IMG/VR virus record: IMGVR_UViG_3300045988_170943
Coordinates: 1-64,000 of that record
Reading direction: 5' to 3' (one strand)
DNA: 64,000 bases
From: a virus
Part shown: positions 9,406-19,560 of the stretch, one piece after another
How positions within the stretch are numbered: the stretch's first letter is position 1
How the letters are laid out: every line of letters starts with the position of its first letter
Translations under genes and position numbers: made by a program
The notes under the pieces: model-generated
Databases searched by the model: none
What the model saw: only the letters and a program-made list of their open reading frames with translations
What the model was told of the DNA's origin: nothing

Positions 9406-9831
9406 ATGGCCGTCTACTACACATCTATCTCCGTCGAGGTAGACCCCATGGCGCACGACGTCTACGGGCTGCCCCAGAGTCTTCCCCACCTGCTCGACGC
9501 CATGGAGACTGAGCACACCCACATTGGCTCCACCTCCAGCCGCATCCACCTCAGGGGCCATGACGCCACCTTCCTTAATGCGCACTTCCTGTTCCTGTGC
9601 GATGGGAACGACTTCGATGCTGGGGATCTTGTTCGCCAGGTTCTCCACGAGGCTCCCCGTAAGGTGTCGCACTTCGCCACGCCGGTGAATGTGCACAAGC
9701 GTAACGACTGGCTGTCTGATGCCCGCAAACGAATCATCCAGGCTGTTAGTGAGCACGTACCAGCCGACGCGACCAGTCTGGATGGTGTAGGAGGCGTCCT
9801 GTCCGAGGAGGGTATTACTCTAGAGGAGTGA
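9406..9831 (+). CDS. hypothetical protein (141 aa)
   Basis: RBS AGGAAGG before the ATG. Followed 95 nt later by bidirectional terminator 9926..9975. Confidence 0.4.
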   Translation: MAVYYTSISVEVDPMAHDVYGLPQSLPHLLDAMETEHTHIGSTSSRIHLRGHDATFLNAHFLFLCDGNDFDAGDLVRQVLHEAPRKVSHFATPVNVHKRNDWLSDARKRIIQAVSEHVPADATSLDGVGGVLSEEGITLEE

Positions 9832-9925
9832 CCTCTAGTGGTCGCATTCTCACCCCCAGGTTAACGCTGCGACCACTGCCGTCGGCCGTCACAGATAGCG
9901 GCGGGGTGGCAGGCGGGTACTATAA

Positions 9926-9975
9926 CACTTAACCCGACCTTGAAGCACATGGGTCGGGGTAAGTGTTCGTGATTT
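9926..9975. terminator. bidirectional terminator hairpin (CACTTAACCCGACC / GGTCGGGGTAAGTG, 13 of 14 bp paired) flanked by T-rich TTCGTGATTT
   Basis: An inverted repeat lying between the convergent gene ends 9831 (+) and 10003 (-). Confidence 0.55.
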
Positions 9976-10002
9976 AAGGTTCGGCCCTCTAAGGGGGAGG
10001 GC

Positions 10003-10362
10003 TCAGAGACCTTGGAGTGCTTGTGCGAGGCTGGACCGCCACCGCCCGTTTTCGTCCTCCAGGGCAGACCGCACTGCGCGTCGAAGTTCGTGAATGTCGT
10101 CTACGTTCTTGGGAAGGTGGCGGGAGAGCACTTCCCCGTACCGTGGGTGCGTGCGCACAGGGGCTAGGCTCTCAACCTGGTAGTGGGGCTCCAGGTGACT
10201 GCGGACCGTCTGCTCATCCTTGGCGACACACAGGATCAGCACCACATGGGTGTCACCTTCCCCTCGGCGTGCCCTGAGGACAGTGCTGTGACGGCCCAGG
10301 TCTCGAATGGCTGCCGCTACGCCCATGGATCCGGTAGAGACCTCAGCAGCGTAAACCTTCAT
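10003..10362 (-). CDS. hypothetical protein (119 aa)
   Basis: The internal ATG coding MKVYAAEV has a strong RBS AAGGGAGGA at -4. The upstream part of ORF 10003..10398 is probably not translated. Confidence 0.5.
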   Translation of the reverse strand: MKVYAAEVSTGSMGVAAAIRDLGRHSTVLRARRGEGDTHVVLILCVAKDEQTVRSHLEPHYQVESLAPVRTHPRYGEVLSRHLPKNVDDIHELRRAVRSALEDENGRWRSSLAQALQGL

Positions 10363-10477
10363 GGCGTCCTCCCTTTTTGTGGCGTGTCCTGTTGACATGA
10401 TCTAGGTTACACGCCGCCAGTGCACGCATCAAGCCCACATGGTGTGTTATGGGTCACTCATGCGCCTCGTGGGGAGG

Positions 10478-10729
10478 TTAGTCCCGGTGGGCGTTCATCT
10501 CCCAGATCTCGCGCCGCACCTCCCGGCGGGCATGGCTCAGCGTCTTCGCCTTGACGGCCGCCCAGATGAAGGCTGCGGCAATGGCGACACTGACCCAGGT
10601 ACCCCAGTCCATGACCAGTGAGATCACGAACAGGATCGTGAGCGTCCACAGGAGCCGCTTCATCCGGGTGATACTGCGGCGAAGCGTTGCGTTCACCTGG
10701 TAGAGGTGGCTTTCCTCAGGACCCATCAT
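10478..10729 (-). CDS. small membrane protein (about 83 aa, 2 TM)
   Basis: The internal start coding MMGPEES has a strong RBS GAAGGAGG at -5. TM segments are LLWTLTILFVISLV and WVSVAIAAAFIWAAV. Confidence 0.45.
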   Translation of the reverse strand: MMGPEESHLYQVNATLRRSITRMKRLLWTLTILFVISLVMDWGTWVSVAIAAAFIWAAVKAKTLSHARREVRREIWEMNAHRD

Positions 10730-11149
10730 GGCGCCTCCTTCATCTGAACATGCTTCCTTGTGCATGTGGGCAATACGCTTTAAACAGGAATGATACCATA
10801 GTGGATTCACGCATGCTAGAGCCGGAGAGTGTGACTTGCACCTCCAGTGTAAAGCATCCTTTGCACCTTTAGTCGCAGAGTTGTTTTTACTCTCCCCACC
10901 TGAGGGGCGCCTTTAGTCGTAGAGGGGGTGTAAAAGATTGAGCGCGTGTGCCGCCTTTTTGATCGTAGTGGCACCTAATGGAGCCAGCCGCGCTCTTCTA
11001 GGGCATCCAAAGCGACCCGTCCTGGTTGTCGATGAACTTTGCGTACAGGTCCTTGTCATGAGTGTTGACCATGGTGTCGATTTCGTCTAGGCGGTGGCCC
11101 AGTTCAGCATCATCGTTCGGGTCACCCCAGATTTCAGCCGCGGGGTCGA

Positions 11150-12004
11150 TCACCTCATAGGCTGGGCCGTCCTGGGTGCTGCTGGTCGCCACATGGCGGG
11201 TTGTTTTGACGCCATCTGAGGGATTGGAGGACTTGCAGGCACCTTTAGCGCCCCTGTTTTTGGGATCTTTTCTGCCTGGCCCGCGTTTCTTTCCCTTCGT
11301 CTTGTTCTTGGTCTTGTCGGGGTTCTTGTTTCCTGTGTCGTCGCTGGTGATGATGGTGGGGTCGTTGATGACGGCGCGCACCCACTCCTGCCACGCCTTC
11401 TGAGTTGCGTGGATGAGGTTATCTCTTTTGAGCAGGAATCTTCTCTTGGGGTGCGCACACTGCTCAAGCGGTCATCGTTGAGCACTAACAGGTCGAGGCA
11501 GGCGGGCTTGCTGGCCTCGAGTCTTCCCGCCAACATCTGGGCCCGCGAGTCCTTATGCAGCAGGAACTTGAGGTATTTGTGTCCGTCTGCGAAATACTCA
11601 TGCAGTACAGTTTCTTTGTAGCCCGCTTTCTTCAGACTCTTCTTCTGCCGCCTGAGGAACACCTCTAACAGCAGAGGTAAGAACAGGGTGTGGATGTCCC
11701 AAGCCTTCCGTCGGGCGTTCATCTGACTCACATATGCAGGGCCTCTCATGTCACGTATGCTGGCTGGCATCCGCGACAGAAGGCCCTCATAGGACTTGAG
11801 CAGGGTGTCGGGGTCTACGCCTGTGTTCAGGATGTAGAACCTGAGGGTGATACTCATACCGTCAATGAGGGGGGCCCGACTGTCTGCCAGCATCCACGCC
11901 TCATATCTGGTGCCTATTCCTTGGGTTACCTTAATGCTTACTCTATAGGCGTCCCTGAACATGATTGCTATCTCTCTCTTTCGCTCTGTGTTCATTCCTG
12001 ACAC
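11150..12004 (-). pseudogene. frameshifted paralog of gene 12047..12958 (reading continues in frame of ORF 10998..11381)
   Basis: The N-terminal 230 aa resemble the paralog through the motif LFLPLL(L/M)EVFLR. After about 11460 the frame becomes Arg/Pro-rich junk, while a Lys-rich protein-like frame, 10998..11381, continues in another phase. Confidence 0.4.
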
Positions 12005-12046
12005 TTGACGGGCTTTGCTTTCTGGGCGGCGGAGTGTCGAGTCGTG

Positions 12047-12958
12047 CTACCAGATGCGGCCGCCACCATCTTCGTTGGCTATGTGCGTTTCAAACAGGTC
12101 CGGTACCGTCTCGATCTCCTTGTTGATCCGGTCCAGTGTCTCTTCCAGGGACTCCCACAAAGGCTCACCCTCAGGGTTGCTGCCCGGACTGCCCGATGCC
12201 ATCGTACTGACAGGCACACGGGAAGTGGCTGCACCGCCCCCAACAACACGCCCCTCAGGCCCTAGAGGGTCAGGTTCAGCACTTAGGTCCACATTGGGGT
12301 CAGATTCGGTGTCCACCCATTCAGGAACCCACTGCCCGTAACCGTCCAGGCCGCCAGCAGCAGGCCGAATGATTGTCGGGTCCTCCAGTACGTGAGTCAC
12401 CCAGTCCATCCAGTCGGCCCTCACTGCCGCATTAGGGTGTGCGTCACTGTCCCGTTTGTGAGCCCAGGCCAGTGAGCAGGAGCCACCAATGGTGAGTAGG
12501 TCACAACCCGCGCTAGGCTCCAGGCGCACGTCAGGGTCGTATGGGTACATGGTGGTCGCCAGCAGGTAGTCCACCGTTCGCCATGAGTCGTCAACATAGG
12601 CGGCCACGTCCCTGTGCCACTGGAGACCGGTCAGGTTCCGGGACTGGTGTCTGAGAAACACCTCCATCAGCAGGGGTAGAAACAGGCCATAGACGTCAGC
12701 GACACGTTCTGCCCCAGGGATAGGCACGCCTGGCCCCGGGTCCAGGTCTTCCACCAGTTCGGTAGGCATACGCTCCAGCAGGGCCCTGTGCTTACTGGCA
12801 AGCGTGATCGCGCCCTCGTGCAGGTCGAGGATGTTGAACCCCATGCTGTCGCTGATATGTTTCGCTAGCGCTATGTCGTTCTCGTCCAAAGCAACCCTAG
12901 GTGTGGTGGGGTTGGTGCCTTGGCTGGTTCTTTTCGGGGATCCTAGTTCCGTTTTCAC
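12047..12958 (-). CDS. hypothetical protein, paralog of 11150..12004 (start probably GTG at 12958, not the track M at 13144)
   Basis: Shares the LFLPLLMEVFLR region with the neighbouring gene. The track N-terminus is Arg/Pro/Trp-rich junk and overlaps gene 13050..13349. The GTG at 12958 has RBS AGAAGG. Confidence 0.45.
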   Translation of the reverse strand: MKTELGSPKRTSQGTNPTTPRVALDENDIALAKHISDSMGFNILDLHEGAITLASKHRALLERMPTELVEDLDPGPGVPIPGAERVADVYGLFLPLLMEVFLRHQSRNLTGLQWHRDVAAYVDDSWRTVDYLLATTMYPYDPDVRLEPSAGCDLLTIGGSCSLAWAHKRDSDAHPNAAVRADWMDWVTHVLEDPTIIRPAAGGLDGYGQWVPEWVDTESDPNVDLSAEPDPLGPEGRVVGGGAATSRVPVSTMASGSPGSNPEGEPLWESLEETLDRINKEIETVPDLFETHIANEDGGGRIW

Positions 12959-13049
12959 TAGATGTTGCCTTCTACGTCTTTGACTATACGGGCCCCAAGC
13001 ACGCCACGCAACCCTAATCCTTGGCGTCTGCCGCCGACGCGGGGTGCGG

Positions 13050-13349
13050 TCACTGCTCGTACAAGCCCAGTTCACCCACCCAGGTGTCCAGGGACTCCCA
13101 GAAGTCGGGATCCATGTGGGTGGCTTGAAGGTTGAGCCAGTCAACTATATACCCGTCATGGGTCACCAGGAACCTCCCGAAGTGCTGATACCCTGGGCAC
13201 TTCAGCAGCAGTTCCGTGCGGTGGAGGTCGATCATGTCTGCGTGCTCCAGCAGCGCCCACACGCCGGACCCATGCCCGGTGGCGTGCTTCAGGGTGGCTT
13301 CACGCAGAACAGCCGGGGTGCTGGTAGATGGGGTAGTGGTCGAGGCCAT
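13050..13349 (-). CDS. hypothetical protein (99 aa)
   Basis: ORF track entry with protein-like composition. Confidence 0.4.
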   Translation of the reverse strand: MASTTTPSTSTPAVLREATLKHATGHGSGVWALLEHADMIDLHRTELLLKCPGYQHFGRFLVTHDGYIVDWLNLQATHMDPDFWESLDTWVGELGLYEQ

Positions 13350-13613
13350 ATCTTGCTCTTCCTGGGGGTAGTGGCTGCCATCACCTTTATGGGGGGCGGC
13401 AGGCCACTAGGGCGGGTTGCTTACAATTCAGTACCCTATGGTAGCACAAGGCACTACACTCTGGGCAGTGGCGTTGATCACCCATACCTCAGGGAGTGCA
13501 TACACCAGGGTGGCCCACAGTGTTTCGTGTGCGGGGATTTGGAGCACCCAATCCTGGGGCTCAAACGCAGAGAGTGGAACAGGCGGCTCCTCCAAGCATG
13601 CAAGCATGGGCTT

Positions 13614-13862
13614 CTACCAACCACCCGCTCGCCTGGGGACTCCACTATTCCGGCAAGTGTCCACTATAGCCCCGGCAGGCAGGACGATGTTGCTGTACCG
13701 GGTCGTCACAGCGGCAGGGTCGTCACGTTTAACGACAAGAATCACAAACCCGTCCCGCTGGTCCTCAACACGGTCTACCTGCCACCAGCGGCCCCCTACC
13801 AGCACGGCCGCGCCCCTAGTAAGGCGACAGACAGGGATCTTGCGAGTAGCGGCGGAGGTCAT
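13614..13862 (-). CDS. hypothetical protein (82 aa)
   Basis: ORF track entry. Its stop overlaps the next minus gene's region by 4 nt. Confidence 0.3.
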   Translation of the reverse strand: MTSAATRKIPVCRLTRGAAVLVGGRWWQVDRVEDQRDGFVILVVKRDDPAAVTTRYSNIVLPAGAIVDTCRNSGVPRRAGGW

Positions 13863-14056
13863 TTCCTACCGCCTAGATGCCCATAGTAGTGCAGACACCC
13901 TATGGTGGGGATAGTGGCCGTGAAGATGAAGAAAACTAAGGGATTAGTAGGCCAGACCCCAAGAATAGCCATCCCAATCGATAGCAGTACATTGACGATA
14001 GTCACGCCGCCAATAATTTGAGAAACGGAGTACTTGGGTGCGTTATTGTTGCTCAT
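13859..14056 (-). CDS. small membrane protein (65 aa, 2 TM)
   Basis: Only the C-terminal part of ORF 13859..14431, starting at MSNNNAPKYS, is hydrophobic and protein-like. The upstream part is Cys/Arg-rich noise. Confidence 0.35.
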   Translation of the reverse strand: MSNNNAPKYSVSQIIGGVTIVNVLLSIGMAILGVWPTNPLVFFIFTATIPTIGCLHYYGHLGGRK

Positions 14057-14114
14057 ACCAGCCAGAATAGCACACCCAAGTGGCAGTAGTCCATACCACC
14101 TGCCCCTAGGTGAG

Positions 14115-14447
14115 TCACTTCCCCTTCGGTACCCAACTGAAAGCACACCAGGCAGATACCGCCACCTCCACGGGCGCAAGAACAACCTGCATGACGAAAA
14201 AGACAGCCAGGGGCGTACCAGATAGCACCCAAGCCAGGAAGACAGAAACAGGGATAGACAAGGCGAACACGGCACAGAGCCCCGCACTCTTCTTGTCCTC
14301 GACGCGAAAGCAACTCTTGACATGCCATGTCTTCTCCATGAGCACAAGCATACACCAGCAGTAGCCGCCCCACTCACCTGGCACTGTGTGACATGAGGCA
14401 CATGCTGTACACAGACTGGAAGCGGACTCACATCCCCTTCCAGGCAA
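14115..14447 (-). CDS. possible small membrane protein
   Basis: The hydrophobic C-terminus FALSIPVSVFLAWVLSGTPLAVFFVMQVVLAPV is membrane-like. The frame is ambiguous among three overlapping minus ORFs. Confidence 0.25.
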   Translation of the reverse strand: MPGRGCESASSLCTACASCHTVPGEWGGYCWCMLVLMEKTWHVKSCFRVEDKKSAGLCAVFALSIPVSVFLAWVLSGTPLAVFFVMQVVLAPVEVAVSAWCAFSWVPKGK

Positions 14448-14477
14448 CCTCAGGCTTACTTCCTCGTCTTCTCCTGA

Positions 14478-15464
14478 TCAGGACTTGTTGGTTTGGCTGG
14501 CGCGCACGACTCTACCATCCCGGATCACCATGCTCTGCACGGCCCCGTCACCCTGGTTGATCTGCACACATGACCCACGGAAACCAGCACCAAAGGTGTA
14601 CGCCGAATCCCCGTCATAGTTGGCACCAGCGGCGGTAACACCATCCGCGCTACTGAGGGTTTCGTCAGGGGTTTCCCAGATGTTGTCAGAGTCCGGGTTA
14701 ATCGTTTCCCCTATGCTGGCAGTTCTGTAGTCTTGGGCGCTGTCGTGGTTTGTTCCCTGGCGGCTACCTACCCGTTCCTGAGTCTCCTGACTCAAGTTCT
14801 TACCCTCTAAGATGAGGTTGATGGACTCGTCCGCATAGTCGGCAGTTTCGTTGACCCTCGCAGAGGTAATCTTGGCAGTTTCACTTTCAATGAATGTGGC
14901 CGCCTTGCTTATGATCCTGTTAACCCGATCAACTACAACCTCCTGTTTCAAAGTTTGGCTGCTACTGTCTAACATCTTGATAGTGTCCGGGTCCCTCAGG
15001 ATGGTCTCAACTTCGGCCACCCGCTCCATAACCTTCAGGGTGGTGTCCACGCTAGCCGCGGGCGATTCAATCGCGTACCTGGATAGCGCCTTCCCGAGGG
15101 CTTCAATGTTGTCGTTGAGTGTCTTGTGGATCTCTCTGGTACGGATGTTATCGACCTTAGTGGGGATGAAAAATGAGAAGAGGTGTCCATCGGCGCAGAG
15201 GCCGTATACAGGGCGGTGGTGGTGGATACATCCGCCATCTATCACCCTGCATATATACACACATGCTTTTATACTCAACCAGACACCCACTGCCAATATG
15301 GTCGGGGTGGGCCCACCTACCATATAAGCCACTCCACCAACTATGAGGGTGAATGCTAAGTTTGCAAGTACATGACCTGGGTACTGGACAATGTGTCTGG
15401 TTGACCACCTGGTGGATGACCACAGGTTGTTAGGAAGTGCCCAGTCCTGTCTGCGCGCGATCAT
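14478..15464 (-). CDS. 2-TM membrane protein with coiled-coil and disordered C-terminus (328 aa); paralog of 15519..16349
   Basis: Shares LWSS(T/A)RW(S/E)(T/S)R, two TM helices and a helical region (VMERVAEVETILRD versus LESLAVIETVLRQE) with the neighbouring gene. Confidence 0.55.
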   Translation of the reverse strand: MIARRQDWALPNNLWSSTRWSTRHIVQYPGHVLANLAFTLIVGGVAYMVGGPTPTILAVGVWLSIKACVYICRVIDGGCIHHHRPVYGLCADGHLFSFFIPTKVDNIRTREIHKTLNDNIEALGKALSRYAIESPAASVDTTLKVMERVAEVETILRDPDTIKMLDSSSQTLKQEVVVDRVNRIISKAATFIESETAKITSARVNETADYADESINLILEGKNLSQETQERVGSRQGTNHDSAQDYRTASIGETINPDSDNIWETPDETLSSADGVTAAGANYDGDSAYTFGAGFRGSCVQINQGDGAVQSMVIRDGRVVRASQTNKS

Positions 15465-15518
15465 ATTTCCTCTTTCTTCCTTGCGTAACTAGTGTTGTCG
15501 CCTGTGGTTACCCTTAAA

Positions 15519-16349
15519 TTACTGCCCCCAGAGCGTGAGGCTGTCTGGGTCGCTGCTAGTGCTGGGCTCATCAGTAGGGTCAGCCCCCATAGTGGCCGGA
15601 TCCTGGCTGTCACCTACCGTCAGGGTGCCAGTCTTGGTCGTGGAGGCGCCCTTGTCGCTTGGTCCGTTGACAGCAAAGTCGATAGCCCGTTCAATCTCCA
15701 TCTTCACGTCCCTGCTGGATGCTTCGCACACTCGCCTGGTCTCATTCGTAATGAGGGTTTTGGTGCTATAGATCAAGTTCTTCAGCCCGTAGATCACTCT
15801 GTCTTCGTCGCTGACTGGACCGTTGGAGGTGAGGGCCCGGATCATGGCTTCCTGTCTGAGAACGGTCTCAATGACAGCCAGCGACTCCAGTACTTGACTG
15901 TCTGGGGCCAGGTCCTCTGGCGACTCAGCGAGTGCGTTATAGTAGTTTGTGGCCGCTTCGCTTAGCCCTGTGAGGGATACCCTGATACTCCACCAGATCC
16001 TGCCCCTCTGCTCCTCTGAGGGTGCAAGTTCGTTCGGGATGTACAGGGAGACCAGATGCCCCCCGATGTTCCTGTCAAACAGTCTATGCATGCTCTTGAG
16101 TGGTCTTTCATGCAGCCACCAGAAGTAGTGCCAAGTAACGAACCCCAGACTCACAGCGGTAAACATGATGCAAGCCAACAGGTGTGCACCCATAGACCAG
16201 ACAAAGTCAGAAAGATAGGCGATACCAAACTCAATGAGCACGAACATTACCCAATAACCCCACTTGGTTCTGGATTCCCACCGGGCTGACGACCACAGGT
16301 GGGTCGGGATGTCTGGGTCATGCGGCTTGAAGAAAACTGGCTCCGTCAT
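15519..16349 (-). CDS. 2-TM membrane protein (276 aa); paralog of 14478..15464
   Basis: Same features as its paralog. Overlaps the next gene by 4 nt. Confidence 0.55.
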   Translation of the reverse strand: MTEPVFFKPHDPDIPTHLWSSARWESRTKWGYWVMFVLIEFGIAYLSDFVWSMGAHLLACIMFTAVSLGFVTWHYFWWLHERPLKSMHRLFDRNIGGHLVSLYIPNELAPSEEQRGRIWWSIRVSLTGLSEAATNYYNALAESPEDLAPDSQVLESLAVIETVLRQEAMIRALTSNGPVSDEDRVIYGLKNLIYSTKTLITNETRRVCEASSRDVKMEIERAIDFAVNGPSDKGASTTKTGTLTVGDSQDPATMGADPTDEPSTSSDPDSLTLWGQ

Positions 16350-16807
16350 GCCTTTTTCGCCGTTCTGTCGTTTTTGTGTGCGGCACGATCCCTTGCTTGG
16401 CGGGCCTGGGCGGTCGCAAGACGAAACGACATTTTTATTGCTCGTTCAAGTAAGGAGCGGTCACGTCCGTACCCTCGCTCCATAGACTCCACGTCCTTGA
16501 GCAACCTCAGCCCTACCGACGGGTCTATGAAACCGCCCTTCACCAGGATCTCGATGCGGTTGCGGATCATGTTTGCTGCCATGAGTGCGGTCTGACGGTC
16601 ACCGTACTTGCGGGCTGATACCATGAGCGGCATCAACTCTCCGTCGATTGTTTGCAGTGACTCGTTGAGGAAACCATCATCTCTGGCGGTGCTGTCGCAG
16701 CCATTATTGTCTTCTATACTCATGCTGTTCATCACTTTCTTCTCGCCCCTGTTTTGTTGTTCCCTTGTGGCTGGCGTGTTCCCGCCCCGCATTTTGGGTG
16801 GAAGCAA
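16346..16807 (-). CDS. hypothetical protein (start possibly internal at 16732, MNSMSIE)
   Basis: ORF track entry. Its stop overlaps the downstream gene in an ATGA arrangement. The far N-terminus has no RBS. Confidence 0.45.
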   Translation of the reverse strand: MLPPKMRGGNTPATREQQNRGEKKVMNSMSIEDNNGCDSTARDDGFLNESLQTIDGELMPLMVSARKYGDRQTALMAANMIRNRIEILVKGGFIDPSVGLRLLKDVESMERGYGRDRSLLERAIKMSFRLATAQARQARDRAAHKNDRTAKKA

Positions 16808-16856
16808 GAGTGTGAGGAAAGCCCTCTTACCCCTTGCCTGTTGACTGTTTTGCCTG

Positions 16857-17576
16857 TCAGGGGTTCCGTTCCGTGCCCAGGGCGAACACGTGATCGTCCG
16901 ACACTCGGTTCAGGGCTTCGACTACGACCTGGGTGGCCTCAGTGTACTTCATGGCCGCCATCTTGTTCACAATACCTAGCAGGCTGTCAGGGCTCAGCGC
17001 ACCCTCCCAGGTATAGTCATCGTAGCGGCCCGCCGGTGCCTCAAAGGGGTTCTCGGAGATACGGAACCATAGCATCAGGATCTTCCAAGGCTCCCGTCCG
17101 AGCGGCTTCCCCTGGATGGTGGCCTGCACAGCCATCTCCTCCAGCGAATCCAGGTAGTCGTCCAGTCTACGCCCAACGTAGTTTGAGCGCAGCCATACTC
17201 GGTGCCCACTCGTTAAGGGCGGCCGTGCATCAGTACGACTGGTGTTGTCGCTGTCGTTAGTGCGGTCCGTGTCCTCGCCAGGGCTGCTGTCCTTGACTGC
17301 TGGGGTGTCATTGTCAGAGTCCCCCTCGTCCTCGCTGCCGCACAGGGACTCCAACTCGGATACCTGCTCCCTGGTGAGGTCTCCGCTGGCAATGATGTGC
17401 CGAACGAGAGCGAACACATTGAACGACAGGTCCATCGCCTCATCCACCACGTCTGAGGTGTTGCTGTAGTCGGTGGAGCGAACCTCATCCGGGTCAGTGA
17501 AGTACCACCACTGAATGTCCTCCAGGGCCTTACGGATCTGCTCGAAGGTCATCTTCTTGCCACTAATCTTGGTCAT
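16857..17576 (-). CDS. hypothetical acidic protein (239 aa)
   Basis: ORF track entry. RBS AAGGAGGAAG about 7 nt before the ATG. Confidence 0.5.
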   Translation of the reverse strand: MTKISGKKMTFEQIRKALEDIQWWYFTDPDEVRSTDYSNTSDVVDEAMDLSFNVFALVRHIIASGDLTREQVSELESLCGSEDEGDSDNDTPAVKDSSPGEDTDRTNDSDNTSRTDARPPLTSGHRVWLRSNYVGRRLDDYLDSLEEMAVQATIQGKPLGREPWKILMLWFRISENPFEAPAGRYDDYTWEGALSPDSLLGIVNKMAAMKYTEATQVVVEALNRVSDDHVFALGTERNP

Positions 17577-17641
17577 TTTCTTCCTCCTTGTTTTCTTCCT
17601 CTATTACGGGCTTACTAATGCGTGTTTTCCGCTCTGCCAGT

Positions 17642-18754
17642 TTAGAAAACCACCTTGCGTTTGAAATCCCGATCATACAGGCACATTGCGCTCACAGCAA
17701 TCTTTGCCATGTCCCAATCGTTGATATGGTCTTCTACCTTGCTCAGGGTGTACGCGATCCCACCGAACATGTTGTCGTTGTGCTCTGAACTAGCAGAGAT
17801 CTGATCAATGACCTGCTGCACAAAATACGCCTTGTCGTCAAACGTAGAGGTGGGATCTTCGATAGTGTGCGGGCTAATACGGTGGTAGGCGAGTCGCGCC
17901 AGGTAGAGCCATGCCTTAGAAGAGTTGTGCTTGTCAGCGAGGTCGGCCACCTTGCGGAGCGTGTCAATGTCGGCCAGGCACTTGTCCCAGTCATTGAACT
18001 CGTCACTGAGGAACACCTGGACAGTGTTACCATCCAGGTACTTGCTGACAGGTGGAAGAGCATACGAGAGGACCGTCTGCATAGCATCCAGGACGTCCGG
18101 CGTGTCCGCACCCAGTCCCCACTCTCGCACACCCATCTCAATCATGGTCCCTAGCGACTCATACTCGTCAATGAGGGGCCGGATGTCCCACTCTACAGGA
18201 AGAGAGTGCAGAACGTCATCCTTGCTGATGATGGTGTCCTTATCGACCTTGCAGTCACCCTCTTCGGTGACCTCAGCGATGAGAATGCTATCAATAATCT
18301 TGTCTCGGAGGGAGAAGATTCGAACCAGATTAACGTCACCCATTGTTATTCCTTTCTTTTGGGCGTACTCTGTTTTACTGAAAGGCTGAGGGAGAATCGG
18401 GGTACCGTCTGGCGTCCACCTGGAGTCAATATGCAACCTCCTATACGCCTCTGCTGCACTCGCTGTGTAGGCATGCAGATTGCGGGAGGGTCCACCATCG
18501 GGGCACTCAGGGAAAAGGGGGCCGTTGGTAGCCTCGTGCTGATCAACGGCCCTTACCAGGACCTGAAGGCATCCAAGTATAACCCCGATCTCATCCTCAG
18601 ACGGCTGCTCCTGTGTGCTGAACGCGGTAACAACTGGAGGAAGGTCGCCCTCGGTGCGTTCCGCCACTGCGGCTGCGTTAGCGACAGCCAGACGAAGATT
18701 AGCGGCGATCCACTCAAGCCGCTTCCCGGTCGCCTCTTGTTCCGACATGCTCAC
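17642..18754 (-). CDS. hypothetical protein (370 aa); first gene of the minus-strand operon
   Basis: Long ORF with good protein-like composition. A divergent intergenic region lies upstream at 18755..19154. Confidence 0.55.
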   Translation of the reverse strand: MSMSEQEATGKRLEWIAANLRLAVANAAAVAERTEGDLPPVVTAFSTQEQPSEDEIGVILGCLQVLVRAVDQHEATNGPLFPECPDGGPSRNLHAYTASAAEAYRRLHIDSRWTPDGTPILPQPFSKTEYAQKKGITMGDVNLVRIFSLRDKIIDSILIAEVTEEGDCKVDKDTIISKDDVLHSLPVEWDIRPLIDEYESLGTMIEMGVREWGLGADTPDVLDAMQTVLSYALPPVSKYLDGNTVQVFLSDEFNDWDKCLADIDTLRKVADLADKHNSSKAWLYLARLAYHRISPHTIEDPTSTFDDKAYFVQQVIDQISASSEHNDNMFGGIAYTLSKVEDHINDWDMAKIAVSAMCLYDRDFKRKVVF

Positions 18755-19154
18755 CCCTTATCTAGGTAGGTCAGGGTTGTTCTCCTCTGTCAAACATACA
18801 CCAGCAGGCACCAGCACGCCAGTCCCCACGTAAGGTGATATGGGACACAACCAGTAGGTGCCCTTGTGTACGTCCCGCCGGTCAGCCAACCCCGTACCCC
18901 AGAGAGGCCCGCTCGCAATTCCAGTCCGTGTATATGGCTGCCTGCCGCCCTTCACGTCTGACCTGGGCCGCATCCCTGAGAGACGTGTTGCGGAACTACA
19001 GGAAACCGCCTACAATCCACCAAAGAGCCCACCCATAGTAGGGACACCAAAACAGCCCCGTGCGAGACCTGCACATGCTGCACCCAGTTAGCGTGCGCTA
19101 GGGACACGCATCTAGGCCCAGGCCGCACACCCACATAGTTGAAAGAGAACAACC

Positions 19155-19520
19155 ATGACCACGCAGCACATTGTACCCGAGATCGTAGAGAAGCACGCTG
19201 AGACCATCCTGTCCGCCATTGCCAGTGCCACAATCAGCGAAGTCATACTGCGCGAGTACCTAGACGATAGCCAGGTACGTGCCAGCGTCACACTCATCTT
19301 CGACAACGGGACCACCATCTCCATAGCCGACACCGTGTCGTCTTACCCTATCGCGGACACCCTGCCGGGCCAGCGAGTCACTGCCGTCGTGGCCTCCAGG
19401 AACGAAGATGGCTACTGGGGGCTCGATTACCGGAACGGCCGCTCATCCATCTTCCACACTGACGGCAACATCAATCCCGCCGATGCTATCACTGTCACAG
19501 CGGCCAGCGAGACCGCCTGA
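19155..19520 (+). CDS. hypothetical protein (121 aa)
   Basis: RBS GAAAGAGAACAACC. A T-rich hairpin follows at 19521..19560. Confidence 0.5.
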   Translation: MTTQHIVPEIVEKHAETILSAIASATISEVILREYLDDSQVRASVTLIFDNGTTISIADTVSSYPIADTLPGQRVTAVVASRNEDGYWGLDYRNGRSSIFHTDGNINPADAITVTAASETA

Positions 19521-19560
19521 GGAAGGCGTCGGCTCGTCTTGCGCCCCCCTTTTTTGTTGA
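19521..19560 (+). terminator. possible terminator (GC-rich stem then CCCCCCTTTTTTG)
   Basis: A T6 tract immediately after the gene stop. The stem is weak. Confidence 0.35.

Noticed and set aside
13044-13914. Long plus-strand ORFs (13044..13886, 13417..13914) antisense to the minus operon
   Set aside because: They have Arg/Pro/Gly-rich low-complexity translations with no RBS. The minus-strand ORFs have better composition and coupling.
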